From NCBI RefSeq assembly GCF_009914755.1, contig NC_060925.1: DNA of 64,000 nt. One strand, 5' to 3'. This document shows positions 15,051-29,112 of this stretch, piece after piece (position 1 is the stretch's first letter; each line of letters starts with the position of its first letter). The stretch comes from the human T2T-CHM13v2.0 reference genome, Homo sapiens. The position numbers and the translations under genes were made by a program. The notes under the pieces were generated by a model that saw only the letters and a list, made by a program, of their open reading frames with translations, made no database searches and was not told where the DNA came from.

Positions 15051-15546
15051 ACCCACAACTGGTTTAATAGAAGATTGAATGTAAAATGATTTCAAGTGCC
15101 CAACGGCTGAATTTCTTAATATGCTATCCTAAGTCTCATCATGATGATACACTAGGAATGACAGAAATCAGTCATATGGACTCTTTAAGACAGTTTTTCC
15201 CTGCAGGAAAACTGTGAAGAGTATCACCTGAGGTGGCCACATCTCCTTTAGACCCCTCTCAGCCTTTCAGCGTTTTCTGTAAATAAAGTCCATTCTTCAG
15301 AAAACTTTCAACTAAACTTTGATGAGATAGAGCCACCAGAAAAGAAAAATCATGTATGCTGTAACCACTAGACCAAGGTTCTTTTCCAAAGAGGTTTATC
15401 GATTTTGATAAATGTACTTCTAAATATATTTGACATACATAGGCATCGGGTGTTTAATGAACAGCTTTTTCTGCTAAACGTCATTTTTTCCAAGGTTCTC
15501 CTACAAGGAGCTTGACATGTGTAGATGATTATGAGAATATATGTAG

Positions 15547-15911
<365 letters not shown>

Positions 15912-17696
15912 TGAAAAGCTTTCTATTCTCAGAAGTGTTCTTGCCCTGGCTATTATAAATTTTCCCTGTTCTATCTAACCAACAGAATGTATTACTCTTC
16001 CCTGGGAACATGCACGTGCAACTCCCTCTCATGTAAAAATTGCCATATTATCCAAGAAGAGTGTGTACGGGTGCATAATTCAATTAAATATGTAGTTCAG
16101 AAGCAAAAGTAAATATAAGATTGTGCTAAGGTTCATGAATTCAAAGTTTAAATACTGAGACTCTCAGAAAATGTAAAATGCTTTTAAATGTATATATTTA
16201 TTCTGATTATTACCTTTTGAAAATGAACTGAAAAAAGACCTACTTAGGAAACAGAAATACTTCTGAGATATTGATAAGCGGCTTATTATTTTTATTGCTT
16301 CAATTTTTAGTTTTATGAATTACTCTCCACCACAACATATTACTGGAAAGTTAAGTTTTACTGCGGTGATCTTTCACTAAAGTCTAATTCATTCTAATCA
16401 TTTCAAAATTCAGTTTGGTGTTCCATATTTTTGTCTTCCTTGTCAGTTCATTTTGTATATTATTTACTTGATAAGCTGAGGCTTGAAAAAAATACTCGCA
16501 AAAGCTTGTCTGTACTTATGGCCCTGGGCAGGAGTACAGGCACTTTCTCTCATGAGTATTTTACATAGGAATGATCCAGAGAAGAGATGTGGCCCTGTCT
16601 CTACCTTGACAGTAAGCTCCAAATGCTGACATTTGCTGAAGTAAAAATTCTCCCTGTCTAGTGGCAAAGGTGCCCCCATTCCTTTGACCCCAAAACTCCC
16701 ACTTCCCCCAATCTTCCCATGCAGATGTTGTCTGCAGAAATGAAGCCATCAGGCATCAGACCCCAAAGCAGACTTAGGTCGCATTTACACATTTTCTATC
16801 ACAAGCAGGATAAAGACAGACTCAAGTTACCCATTACATTTAGGACTTGGGGCTCTTAGCACCCAGGCTCAGGGTTTTAACTCAGGACACTTACAATGAA
16901 CTAACTCAGTACTACCTTTGGTAGTACTACCTTTGAGAACTAGGTTCCCTGCTAGACTTTGAATTTCTTGAGGATTGGGGGCACATCTTATTTGTTGTTG
17001 TGTCCCTGGAACCTACCAAGTACTAGAGCATCGTGGGCTGGCTGTAAATGTCTGTGGGATGACTTAGTAAATGAGGAAGGCGAGACATCCTTGACCAACC
17101 ATAGTGACTAAGATACTGCAGTGGAACACCTGCTGTTCCTAGTTAACTAAGTAAATATGGATCTCCCATAGTATATAGAGAAAGAATAACTCTAAGGAAG
17201 AAGGGGATAATGGCTGCGATTCCTTCCAAAAGAACGCTGTCACATGTGTGGGGGCGCTGTACATATGTATCATCTCTTAACTACAATCTATGCATGTAGT
17301 TTGTTTACAGAGATATTTCATGCATGCTGTAGAAAATTCAGGTCATATAAAAAGGGATTATAATAAGCTAAAATCCCCTAAAAGTTCACCACTCAGAAAA
17401 ACTCTCCCATCAACATTTGTATGGGGATCACCCAAGGTCAATCTTTCTGGGTATGTCTGTGTTTATGCTTCCTATAATTTATTTTGATTTATGTTTTTGC
17501 TGTATCACTTCTGCTTCTCACCCTTTATGACATGATGGAGATATGTCTCTTTTTTATTTTACTAGTAGTCACTTTTATAACTTTAAATAGCATATTTTAA
17601 CAAAGTTCTTAATATATTAAGTACAGACATAAAATAATACATACAGAAAAAAAGGCACATAAAAGACCAGGAATAGCTTACTTTCTCTCATCTTCA

Positions 17697-18059
<363 letters not shown>

Positions 18060-18484
18060 GGATTATGTCCCTTTATCCTAGTGTAATTATTATTACTTTA
18101 TATTGTATGGTATACTTGCTTTCTTTTGTACAGCCAATATTTCCAATAGATATTGTGAATAATTGTTTGCTCAAATGACTTTAATCTCATTACTAGTCCA
18201 CTCATTCTACACGAGTTTTTGAAATTATTATCACTTTCCAGTTCAGTAGGGTATATCTGATCTATTTCCTGAGTCTTTAAAATGTTCTGAATCTTTGAAT
18301 ATTTATTCATATATTTCTATTTTCTTTTTATATGAGCTATAACTTAACTGGTTATATAATACTTTTGTTACACTATTTTGTCTCAAATTGTGTAGCTGTT
18401 GCTTCATTGTCTTTGGGACACAATGCTGCTAAGGAAAAAGTCTGGATCCAGGCTAATTTTTTTCTCTATGATATTGTTGACCCT

Positions 18485-18600
18485 ATATTGTTACTTTGTA
18501 TTTTTGTTATTTGCATTTTTCATTGTTGTGTTCTTATTTTTTCCCCAATATTTTCAATCTATGGTTGGTTGAAACCCGCTAATATGGAGGGTCAACTATG
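18485..18600 (+). mobile_element. Tigger3/MER2-family DNA transposon, 3' end
   Basis: 'aatattttcaatctatggttggttgaa...tatggagggtcaactat' matches the family terminus. Confidence 0.75.
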
Positions 18601-18777
18601 ATATGATATTAATACATATATAGATATATCATATATAATATTATATAGTTATATTTTATATATTATATTAGTTATATTTTATATATTATAATATTATATA
18701 GTTATATTTTATATAATACATATTATAATACATAGTTATATTTATATAATATTATGTTATATCTATATATAGATATG
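18600..18777. repeat. AT-rich degenerate tandem repeat (unit about tattatatagttatattttata)
   Basis: Read directly from sequence. Confidence 0.85.
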
Positions 18778-18779
18778 AG

Positions 18780-19032
18780 AAAAAGCAAAAAACAAGAACA
18801 ATTAAAAAATATAAATACAAAAACCCAGTAGAGTATAACAACTATTTATGTAGTATTTACATTGTGTTAGGCATTATAAGTAATCTAGAGATGTTTTAAT
18901 GTATAAGGGAGGATGTGTGTAGGTTATCCACATATATTATGCCATTTTATAAAAAGGACTTGAGCATCCACGGATATTGGTATCGACCAGGGTCCTAGAA
19001 CCAATCCTGTGCAGATACTGAGGGATGATGTA
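18780..19032 (-). mobile_element. Tigger3/MER2-family DNA transposon, 5' part
   Basis: 'gtaatctagagatg...ggacttgagcatccacggatattggtatc...gaaccaatcc..gatactgagggatga'. Confidence 0.85.
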
Positions 19033-19179
19033 TATTCTTTTGCATGTATGCTTGTAGAAATATTTCTAAATCCTTGCATTTCAACAACCTACTACAATCT
19101 TTGTGCTACTTGCTTTGTGATACACATGCTTAGAACATCTTGCCTCATCTTGATCTGCAGATTTGGGTTTGAATTAATT

Positions 19180-19496
19180 TCTTTCTTTTTGTTTTTTTTG
19201 TTTTTTTTTTTTTGGTTTGAGATGGAGTCTTACTCTGTTGCCCAGGGTGGAGTGCAGTGGCATGATCTGGGCTCACTGCAACCCCGCCTCCTGGGTTCAA
19301 GCGATTCTTGTGCCTCAGCCTCCCAAATAGCTGGGATTACAAGTGCACACAACCACGCCCGCCTAATTTTTGTATTTTTAGAAACGGGGTTTCACCAAAT
19401 TGGCCAGGCTGGTCTCAAACTCCCGACCTCAAGTGATCTGCCCGCCTTGGCCTCTCAAAGTGTTGGGAATACAGGCATGAGCTACCGTGCCCTGCC
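19180..19496 (-). mobile_element. AluS inserted at the tail of an AluJ
   Basis: Full-length antisense Alu; TSD tgaatt(a/c)att. Confidence 0.93.
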
Positions 19497-19506
19497 CTGA
19501 ATTCAT

Positions 19507-19818
19507 TCGTTTGTTTGTTTGGTTTTTAAGACAAAGTCTCATTTTGTTTCCCTGGCTGGAGTGCAGTGGCACAATCATAGCTCACTGTAACCTCAAATTC
19601 CTAGGCTCAGGCAATCCTCCCATCTCATCCTTTTGAGTAAGTGAGACTACAGGTTATGCCACCATGCTCAGCTAATTTTAAAATTTATTTTTTTTTTTTG
19701 TAGAGATAGAGTCTCGCTATATTGCTAAGGTTGATCTTGAACTACTGGCCTCAAGCAGTCTTCCCACCTCAGCCACCCAAGGTTCTGGGAGTACAGGTGG
19801 TAAGCCACCACACCTGAC
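19507..19818 (-). mobile_element. AluJ
   Basis: 'cacaatcatagctcactgtaacctcaaattcctaggctcagg' J-type. Confidence 0.92.
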
Positions 19819-20403
19819 TTGTTTCTGTTGTTGTTTTGATATTATCTTCAGGTATAACAATGATCCATAAGCTTGATATTTATTTCGTGCCTCCATATCT
19901 ATAATCTTCTCCCTTATTAAATAAGTTAACACAAGAATTTAGAGCAATGCTTTACACAGAATATATGTTCAAAATATAAATTATTATAACTGATTAATTG
20001 TTTTAACTCTTTTTTCCCTAAACTCTGGCTGATTTTCTCAGTCTTCTCCTTCCTATCACTGCCTCAGCTCTGTAGTGCTGATTCTGTACTTCGAGTTTCT
20101 AAAGAGCTTTTAATTTCCATGATGGCAATTGCTTTCTCTTCAGTTTCTTTCCTTAATATGGCTAGCTGCCCTTAAAGTGAATTCACTTAAATTATCGTCT
20201 CATCTTTGATCTCTTCATTCAGAACAGTAGATGATATACCTTAAATTTTATTAAATTCCTCCATGTTGGAAAACACTTGTCTAAAATTTTCTTCTAATTC
20301 CTTGAGTGTGCTTTCCTCCAAAATGTGTTCCTGAATTAATCTTCTGCATGCTAGACTTTTTTTCTTTTACCCTTTGGCTACCTTCTCTTTTGCATAAATT
20401 TAA

Positions 20404-20754
<351 letters not shown>

Positions 20755-21237
20755 TAGGTATCACTGAACAGTGAACGCTATTCTACGCAGGCTTGCCTTT
20801 TGCCCAAACATAAAATGGGTGGATTCTCATTGCAACTCCTCCTTGTTTTCCTGTACCTTGCTTGAAAAATCTCATTTGAAAAGGACCAGGAAGTCTCCCT
20901 GTGGTTTCTATTCTCTTTAAAGTATTTCAAGAGAGAGGTTTTCAGGGAAGGCAAAGGGGCCCTGGAGTTCTATTCAGGGGATTCCTCTCTTCTCTCCCCT
21001 CCATCAGTTGGTCTGAATCCCCAGTAATATGGGCCAGCTTCACACAATTGAAGGTGTGCCCTGGTCTATGGAAAGTACCTTTGGCATTTAGACTTTTTTC
21101 TCTTTGGAGTAGGGCTGTTATGCTTCCTGTGAGATCCTTGTGGTTTATGAGTTTAGGGTTTTTTTGTTTGTTTGTTTTGTTTTTCATATTTCCTACCAAG
21201 CATTTTGTTTTCTGCTGAGATTTGGGGTAGATCCATT

Positions 21238-21510
21238 TTTCAAAAAATTTCAACTTTATTTCAGGTTCAGTAGTACATGTGCAGGTTTGTTACGTGGGTA
21301 TATTGCATAACACTGAGGTTTGGGGTACAAATGATCCCATCAACCAGGGAGTAAACACAATACCTAATGGGTAGTTTTTCAGCCCTGACCCCCCCCTCCT
21401 CCCTTTTCTAGTCATCCCCAATGTCTGTTGTTCCCATCTTTATGTCCATGTGTACTTAATGTATAGCTCCCACTTCCAGAAAACCAAATACTACATGTTC
21501 TCACTTATAA
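21238..21510 (-). mobile_element. Short L1PA15/16-like 3' end with 5' inversion
   Basis: Antisense L1 3' UTR 21238-21475, then sense L1 piece 21477-21510; diverged TSD gtagatccatt / gtagagccatt. Confidence 0.9.
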
Positions 21511-22029
21511 CTGAGTAGAGCCATTGATCCTCAAAGATTTGTCTGTTTCCTTAGTTAGCCAAAGGGGAAAAGTGGCCAAACTTTTGATATCATTCAAGTG
21601 AAGGCCTTGAAAAACCATTTGTCTTCAGTAGGGAAAAAGAACTGCAAGTGGGTTATTCTACATCTTTTCTTCAACGGCCGACACCTCCATTCTTGGTCTT
21701 AACAAATTTTGAGGATACCAGTCAGCGATGATGAGTATCTGAATATATGTGACTCTCTCATGGGCAGGAAAACACCCTACTAATCTTTGTACACTTGGTG
21801 CCCAGGTGCTATGCATACAGATAAATTCTCCCTTAAAGGGTAATTTGAATGCCATATATATCATCTGTAGACAGATGATTTTTCTGCTTGTCCTTAGCCA
21901 CTTAGGTTTTGTCTCTTCTTCTTCAATCTGGCAATTTCCTATATATGAAATGTACACCAGCCAGTAGTGCAATTTCAATTCATAAATGTTACGTTCTACT
22001 GCCCATAGATCCCCAAATGAGCTCATGAG

Positions 22030-22535
22030 GAACTTAGAGTGAAGGGAAATGCCAGTGGACCTCCTCCAAAGGCTTGTTCCTCCAACAGCAGCAAATTTTG
22101 TGAGTAGTCCATGAACCCCAAGTCTGAGAGATCAGTCTCAGATCTATCTAATTGCAGGGGGCTGTAGAGACTTAAAGCCTGTATTTATTATCTTAATTAC
22201 CTTTTGGCCAGGGCAAAAGGAGATGTTATATAGACAACCAGTTGCTTTGAGGTTTGCGCTGAATCCACGTATCTCCGTAGTTGCTCCCAACCAATGATGA
22301 AGCACAGCCCAGTGACTAAAATGGGCTATTTCTGGGAAACATAGGATGCTCCCATGGTGATTTTAGCTTCATAGTTTCCCCACAGCCTTGCTGAAGTTTT
22401 CCTGGAGCTGTGCACAAATCTAAAATACTTGATCCAACTCCCTTTCTTTTCCTCTTTCTTTGTCTTTCCCGGCTTCCTGGTATCTTTCTTTCCCTCCCAC
22501 CTTTCTTCTCTCTCTCACTTGGGGTTAGAACTGAA
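22030..22535 (+). mobile_element. LTR16-like ERVL LTR
   Basis: 'gactaaaatgggctatttctgggaaacatagga...ccccacagccttgctgaagttttcctggagctgtgc' resembles LTR16. Confidence 0.65.
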
Positions 22536-22716
22536 GGATTACCTGTTAAACACGTTTAAACATGCTTTTATGATAATACAGTTCAAATGCTTCCCATATC
22601 TACATTATAACCTTTATTATACTCTCTAATGTACTTCAGCATTATGAAATACAACATAATATACTTCAACAGGGAACTTGACTTTCAAATGTCACTATTA
22701 GTACTTACTAAATTGA

Positions 22717-23143
<427 letters not shown>

Positions 23144-23839
23144 TAATTGCCTGTCAGTGGTGTAGATGTGTATGTATGTATGGCGGGGTCACGGGCATTA
23201 TTACCAAGTTTAAAAGGAAAGAGTCTAAAAATAGTTCCCATGACTCAGGAGGAAAGTGTCCCTGCGTTGTCACCTTATTTCCACTTTAGATCCGTCTATG
23301 TTCGTAACCCTGGGACAGGATCAATGATCTGTAAACCAGGCTCAGCCTCCCCCTGGTGAGCCTAATGAGGCACAGAAATAAAATATAAAAGTAAGTTCAA
23401 TACCAAATCTTATACCCTCCTAAGAAATAGTAAGAGTTGGAAAAAATAAATACTCTTTTATAAAGAGTGAAATGAATCTGTTTTCTTCATATCTCCCCCA
23501 CCCCTAACCTTTAGTAGAAGCCAGCATAAATCTGGGGAGAGAAGCCCTCCATGAGTGCTGGGCCTTCCAGCCTCTCACCCACAGGCCATGGTGTCACTGT
23601 GACTATAGTTTTACTAATAATACTATATGGCGGCTCATTTTTCTATTCAAACTCTCTGGAAGATATTAAATAAGTCTGTTTTATTTAATAGATAAATCAG
23701 GGCTGCGATGTTCTCACCAACCAATTAAGAAGCCCAGGGAAAATACTGACACTCTCCTTCTGAGGTTCCTCTGTGCCTCCTGAGGATGGCATATGTAAAG
23801 TTTTCTGTTTCCCTGGTCTTTTCATCCCATTCTTATGCA

Positions 23840-24292
23840 TCATATGAGCTTTCTAGGGTTGTCATGACAATGTGCCACCAACTGGGTGGCTTAAAACAAC
23901 AGACATTTATTGTCTCATGGTTCTGGAAGCTACAGGTCTGAGACTGATGTGTCAACGGGACCACACTGCCTCTGAAATCTGCAAGGGCGATCTCCCTGCC
24001 TCTTCCTAGATTCATTGGGTTTGCTGACAATTGTTGACACTCCTCAGCTTGCAGCTGCGGCACTTCAGTGTCTCCCTTCATTGTCACACAGTGTTCTCCC
24101 CTCTTCTGTCTGTGTCTTCATCTCCTGTTTGAATAAGGACACCTAGCTTATTGTATTATGATCCACCCCGGTGATCTCATCTTAACTTCGTTACATCTTC
24201 AAAGACCCTATTTCCAAGCAAGGCCACACTCACAAGTACTAGGGGGTAGATCTTTAACATATCTTTTTTGGGGACCAGTTCAACCCATAACA
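23840..24292 (-). mobile_element. MLT1C-like solo LTR
   Basis: 'ggcttaaaacaacagacatttattgtctcatggttctggaagcta' and terminal 'ttcaacccataaca'. Confidence 0.9.
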
Positions 24293-25665
24293 CTAAGATT
24301 GAAAACCTGGCAACATCGACTTAAATATATTTGAGTGTGTTAGTGCAAACCTGGTTTTGGTGCCTTTTACATTCAACTGGACATTACTGGTGTTATCTCA
24401 TACCCCTCTTTACAGAGTTCTGAGTTGTCTTCGTGAATTCTTATTTACAACATAGATGCATTAGACACACACACAAAAACTTTATTTTGTTTGAAAATCC
24501 TTGACCTTTGGAATACATTTAAAGATGAAAAGAACTATGTAGTCAACTCAAATCTCTAGAGACCCTGTAGTCCTCATCCTTTTGTTAAACTTTCCTCATG
24601 ACTTTGCTACAGTGGGTAGTCAGGAGAAAGGGCTTTCCCCTACCTTTAATCACAATTGTCTGTGGACAACTTTTGTAATATATCCCAATGTTGTAGGAGT
24701 CTCAGCTTGACCATAAAGAAGATGCTAATGGGTATGTTGGACGAACTGTTGGTGCAGACCCACCAGGAACTAAGGGATCTTCCTGTAAGAAGTTCTTGCA
24801 AGGAAAGATGGAATTTGGCATAATGGACTTCTACAGATATCAGGCTTTGGTCATGTAAAAGCTGAGGAGCTGCTGAACATCTCAATAAGTTTAATGTATC
24901 TGGTTTGTCTCCAGGCCCTTGGGACAGACGCATGAAATCTGTGGTAGTCAGGATGGGTCACACTGTACTAACCCAAAAAGGTTACAGCTATTTTATAAAC
25001 ACCAAGAGATGCTTGACAAGACAATAAAACATAGAAAGTACTATTATTTGAGTGCCCTCGGTACTTTTCTCACACGTGGCCAAGACCTACACTTTGTAGG
25101 GCCTTTTCTAGCTTCCTCTAGTTATAGCCTTCTCCAGAGGTTAAAAGTTCTACATAGCTAAGGGGCTGTGTCCACCAAGCATCTTTGCCCCCAATTCTCG
25201 CACACACTGTTAGAATCCAGAAATTTCCTTCCCTAAAGAACGTGATCCCATTATCAAGAATCTCCAGGTCCCTTCCCCAGGTTTTTTATCCTGAAGATAG
25301 ATGGCACAGCCAGTATGTGTAGATCAGGCTCAAGGGGTGCCTGAGGGGTGGCTATTAGTGGGGATGGTGTGAATAGAGCTTGGGCATGCAGACTGGAGCA
25401 TCCATACACTTATCCAAGAGGCTGCTGGGCACACAAGGAAAATCCTCAGGTGGAAAGGGAAACAGGAGTAGGCTAGAGGCTGGGGTTAGGTACTGGAGGC
25501 TGGCTCTCCCAGGTCACTATGTTCCATCATGGGACACTGAGGAGTCCAAGAATTCCAAATATGAATGTGGTCTTTCTTGTAATTATGAAGGTAGGCTTGT
25601 CAAAGAGGGAAGATAGTACATATATTATTGAACATTTTCTTAGCTTGATTCATAACTTTGAAGTA

Positions 25666-26116
25666 CAAGTGACCCTTGAACCACATGGGTTTGAACTGCA
25701 CAGGTCTGCTTATCCCTGGATTTTCTCCCACCTCTGCCACTCCTGAGACAGCAACACCAACGCCTCCTCCTCCTCTTTCTCTTCCTCCTCCTCCACAGCC
25801 TACTCAACATGAAAATGAAAAGGATTAAAACTGTTATGATGATCCACTTCTACTTAATGGATAGTAAGTATATCTTCTCTTCCTTATGACTTTCTTAATT
25901 TTATTTTTTCTAGTTTACTTTATTGGGAGAATATAGTATATGATACATATAACATATAAAATACGTGTCAATCAAATGTTTATATGATTGGTAAGGCTTC
26001 TGGTCAACAGTAAGTTATTAGCAGCCAAGCTTTTGGGGAGTCAAAATTTATTTGCAGATTTTTGATGGTGAGGGAGATTGGCACTTCTAACCCCCACATT
26101 GTTCAAAGGTCAACTG
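25666..26116 (+). mobile_element. Tigger2a (MER28-type) MITE, complete
   Basis: TIRs caagtgacccttgaac / gttcaaaggtcaactg, TA on both flanks. Confidence 0.92.
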
Positions 26117-26844
26117 TAAAATCCTAGGTTATGAGGGTCTCTACTTGTACTCTTGCCCTACAAATGTTAGGGGTGGGTCTGGGTGCCTGTCCATCAAAGT
26201 ATATTTCCAGAGGCCAGGTGGGAGGGAGGCAGTAGCTGCAGATCCAAGGAAGCACAGAGAAAAATAGTAGATAAGCAGCCAAGATGAGACAGTGGAAGCT
26301 CAATGAAGTTATGTCACTTATCTGTCTGAAACCTTAATTCTGCCTTGTCATGGAAACTGGCATATTCACAGGTTCTGGAGATAAGGAAACAGACATTTTG
26401 GAGGGCTGTTATTCTCTCTGCTACAGGCTTTAATCACCTGCAACTTGGTTATAAAAACTCGTTTAGATGCTTTATCAGGTAGCAGTGATTCAAATGAATT
26501 ACACTCTGTAGTTACCTTGAAAGGAACCCCTGAAAAAGGGATTGCAGAAGCCAACCAATTATAGCAAAGCACAGACTTCACGTCCTAGCTTTTTGCCTTG
26601 ACTTCTTTATTTGGTCAAAGAATCTCTCTCTCTTTCTCTCTCTCCCCGCACCCCCCAACCCACCCCATCACTCCTCTTCTCCTCTGCCTTTCCTCTCCTT
26701 CTCTTGCTTAACAACTGATTCACACTGTTTAAATAACTTCCGTGGGTAGAGAGAACTTGAAGTACAAAAACTAAATAGATTTTCTAAGTCACACAAAAAA
26801 TCTGAGAACCAAGATGCATGCATTTGCTTGCATCAACAGATAAC

Positions 26845-27100
26845 GGCTAACTTGCATTGAGTGTTTCTCTGTCTGAGATACTATACTAAGCACTTGACAT
26901 GTGTTATCTTATTCACTCCTTCTAACTGCCTTATTCAGTAGGTGCTATAATTATTACTATCTCATTTCACAGATGAAAACACTGAAGCTTGAAGAGGTTA
27001 AAGAACTTGTCCACAACCGTACACGTATCATGTGGCGCAGTCAGTCCTCAAACCCAGCCTCTATAGTTTTGCACTGAGCCCCTTCACCACCATGACTGTA
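26845..27100 (-). mobile_element. MIR
   Basis: 'atttcacagatgaaaacactgaagcttgaagaggttaaagaacttgtcc' core. Confidence 0.85.
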
Positions 27101-27189
27101 TCTAGGAATCCTTGCTAAGCTTCCCCAGAGATGTGAACACCTTCCATAAACATGTTATATACAGCAGACATGACCACAGCTTGTTCAAA

Positions 27190-27560
27190 TCAGTAGAACA
27201 TTTTCCAAGAGCCTAACATGTATTGGGTCCCGTGTTCAATGCTAGGGATACAAATATAAGTAACAAAATGCCCATGCCCTTCAGAACCTCAGCTTCCTGG
27301 GGAAAATGGAAATAGGAAATGTCAACGCAGCAAGTGAAGTGCTATGGTAGAAGGCATTACAGAAGCCCAGCAGAAGGCTGCAAGCGATCAAGGTTGTTAA
27401 GGAGAAAAGAAACAGGCTAGGAGGGGAGGATTAAAACATTTGAGGTGGACGTTAACAGATGAATACAAATAAGCCAGATGAAGAGGGTAGGGAAGGTATT
27501 TCCAGTCAGGGATAAGAGCAACGTGAAGGCCGAGCAGTATGGGAAGGCACGGCCCATGCA
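27190..27560 (-). mobile_element. L2 3' end (antisense)
   Basis: 'gctagggatacaaatataag...gatgaatacaaataagccagatgaagaggg'. Confidence 0.7.
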
Positions 27561-28751
27561 CAGCGTCATGTACCTATTTACACCACACACTACTACTCTG
27601 AACTCTTTGCCATAATACACTCTGGAATGCTGTATGCCTTAGCTTGACCTTCTCTATTTCTATAAAAAGCGAAATCACTCCTCCCTCTGATGACCCATGT
27701 CAAGGTTGAAAAACCATCTACTGTATTTCAAAATTTTCTGAGTTGATTTGGCCTTAAGGATTCTCTAATAAGCCTGATATAATTCTTAACAATTCCCCCA
27801 CCAAAGTATTGAACTAATAGCTATTCCCTGACGCAAAGCAATTTTCTCGGAGGAAATGATCTTAGAATTTTTCTGCATAGCGTGGATGCTTTTTTTTTTT
27901 GACAGAACACTGATTTCTGAAAATGAATAGAAAGCAGCTGTATAGCTGAGCTTAAATGTAGCCCAATCATGTCATCCGTGTGCCAGAACAAGATAATTTT
28001 TCCACCCTAATTCCCATCATCCTCTGCTTGATTTGAAAGACACCTACATATACTTGACTAAGTTCTGGGTGCTTCAAAAATGTATACTGTTTCTTCCTAA
28101 AGGAATATGAATTTGGAAGGGGAATCCCTTATCCTAAAGCAATCACACTGAAAATATCTCTTGACATACATTTAGACTTTCAGGAATAAAATGAAGATTG
28201 ATGTCACAGTGAAGTGGTTCACCAGAATCCAGTAAAACTTGGGGCTAAGGAAACTTTGCAATCAAAAAAGCCTATCCAGCTCTTCTTGTTCTTAGATGTC
28301 CCTCCTCATTTCTTGGCCATGCTAAACAAAATCTCAACTGTTATCTCAAATATCTGAACAGAGGTTATTCTGAACAGACACCCATGCTGTAGGGCAAGCA
28401 GGCCCTTACAGGCCTTGCACTCTTTATCGTGGCCTTGTAGATCTTTGCTTAATTTGCTTTAGTAAATATTCTAAATACTGACCCTCAAAGTAGGAGACTT
28501 TTCCTAGAGTTTCTCCTGTGGAGGGGGAAAGTCATAAAGCTAATTTTGGCAATTTGAAAACAAAATTTTCATCACTATCAACGAAGAATATAGCAAATTT
28601 TAATAATATGACACTGTGTCATTTGACCACCTGTTAACTCTAGATGGCAAATATATTTAAATGATTCTACTTTCATAGATCTTACTTAGCAATAAGGTGC
28701 TCACTATTATCATCGTAAGATTTTTGGTGCAAAAAGTATATACTAGACATC

Positions 28752-29112
28752 TGATATGGTTTGGCTGTGTCCCCACCCAAATCTCATCTTGAATTGTAGC
28801 TCCCGTAATTCCCACATGTTGTGGGAGAAGCCCGGTGGGAGATAACTGAATCAAGGGGGGCAGTTTCTCCCAAACTGTTCTCATGGTAGTGAATAAGTCT
28901 CACAAGATCTGATGATTTTAAAAGGGGTTTTCTTTTTGCTTCGTTCTCATTCTTTCTTGTCCGCTACCATGTAAGACATGTCTTTCACCTTCTGCCGTGA
29001 TTGTGAGGCCTCCTCAGCCATGTGGAACTAGAGTCCCTTAAACCTCTTTTTCTTTATAAATTATCCAGTCTCGGGTACGTCTTTATCAGCAGTGTAAGAA
29101 TGCACTAATATA
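28752..29112 (+). mobile_element. THE1 (C/D-like) solo LTR
   Basis: Starts tgatatggtttggctgtgtcccc, ends ctaatata; perfect 5-bp TSD acatc (28747-51 and 29113-17). Confidence 0.96.

Noticed and set aside
28636-28650. CTCF-like actctagatggca (similar weak matches near 2921 and 59030)
   Set aside because: Two or more core mismatches; expected by chance
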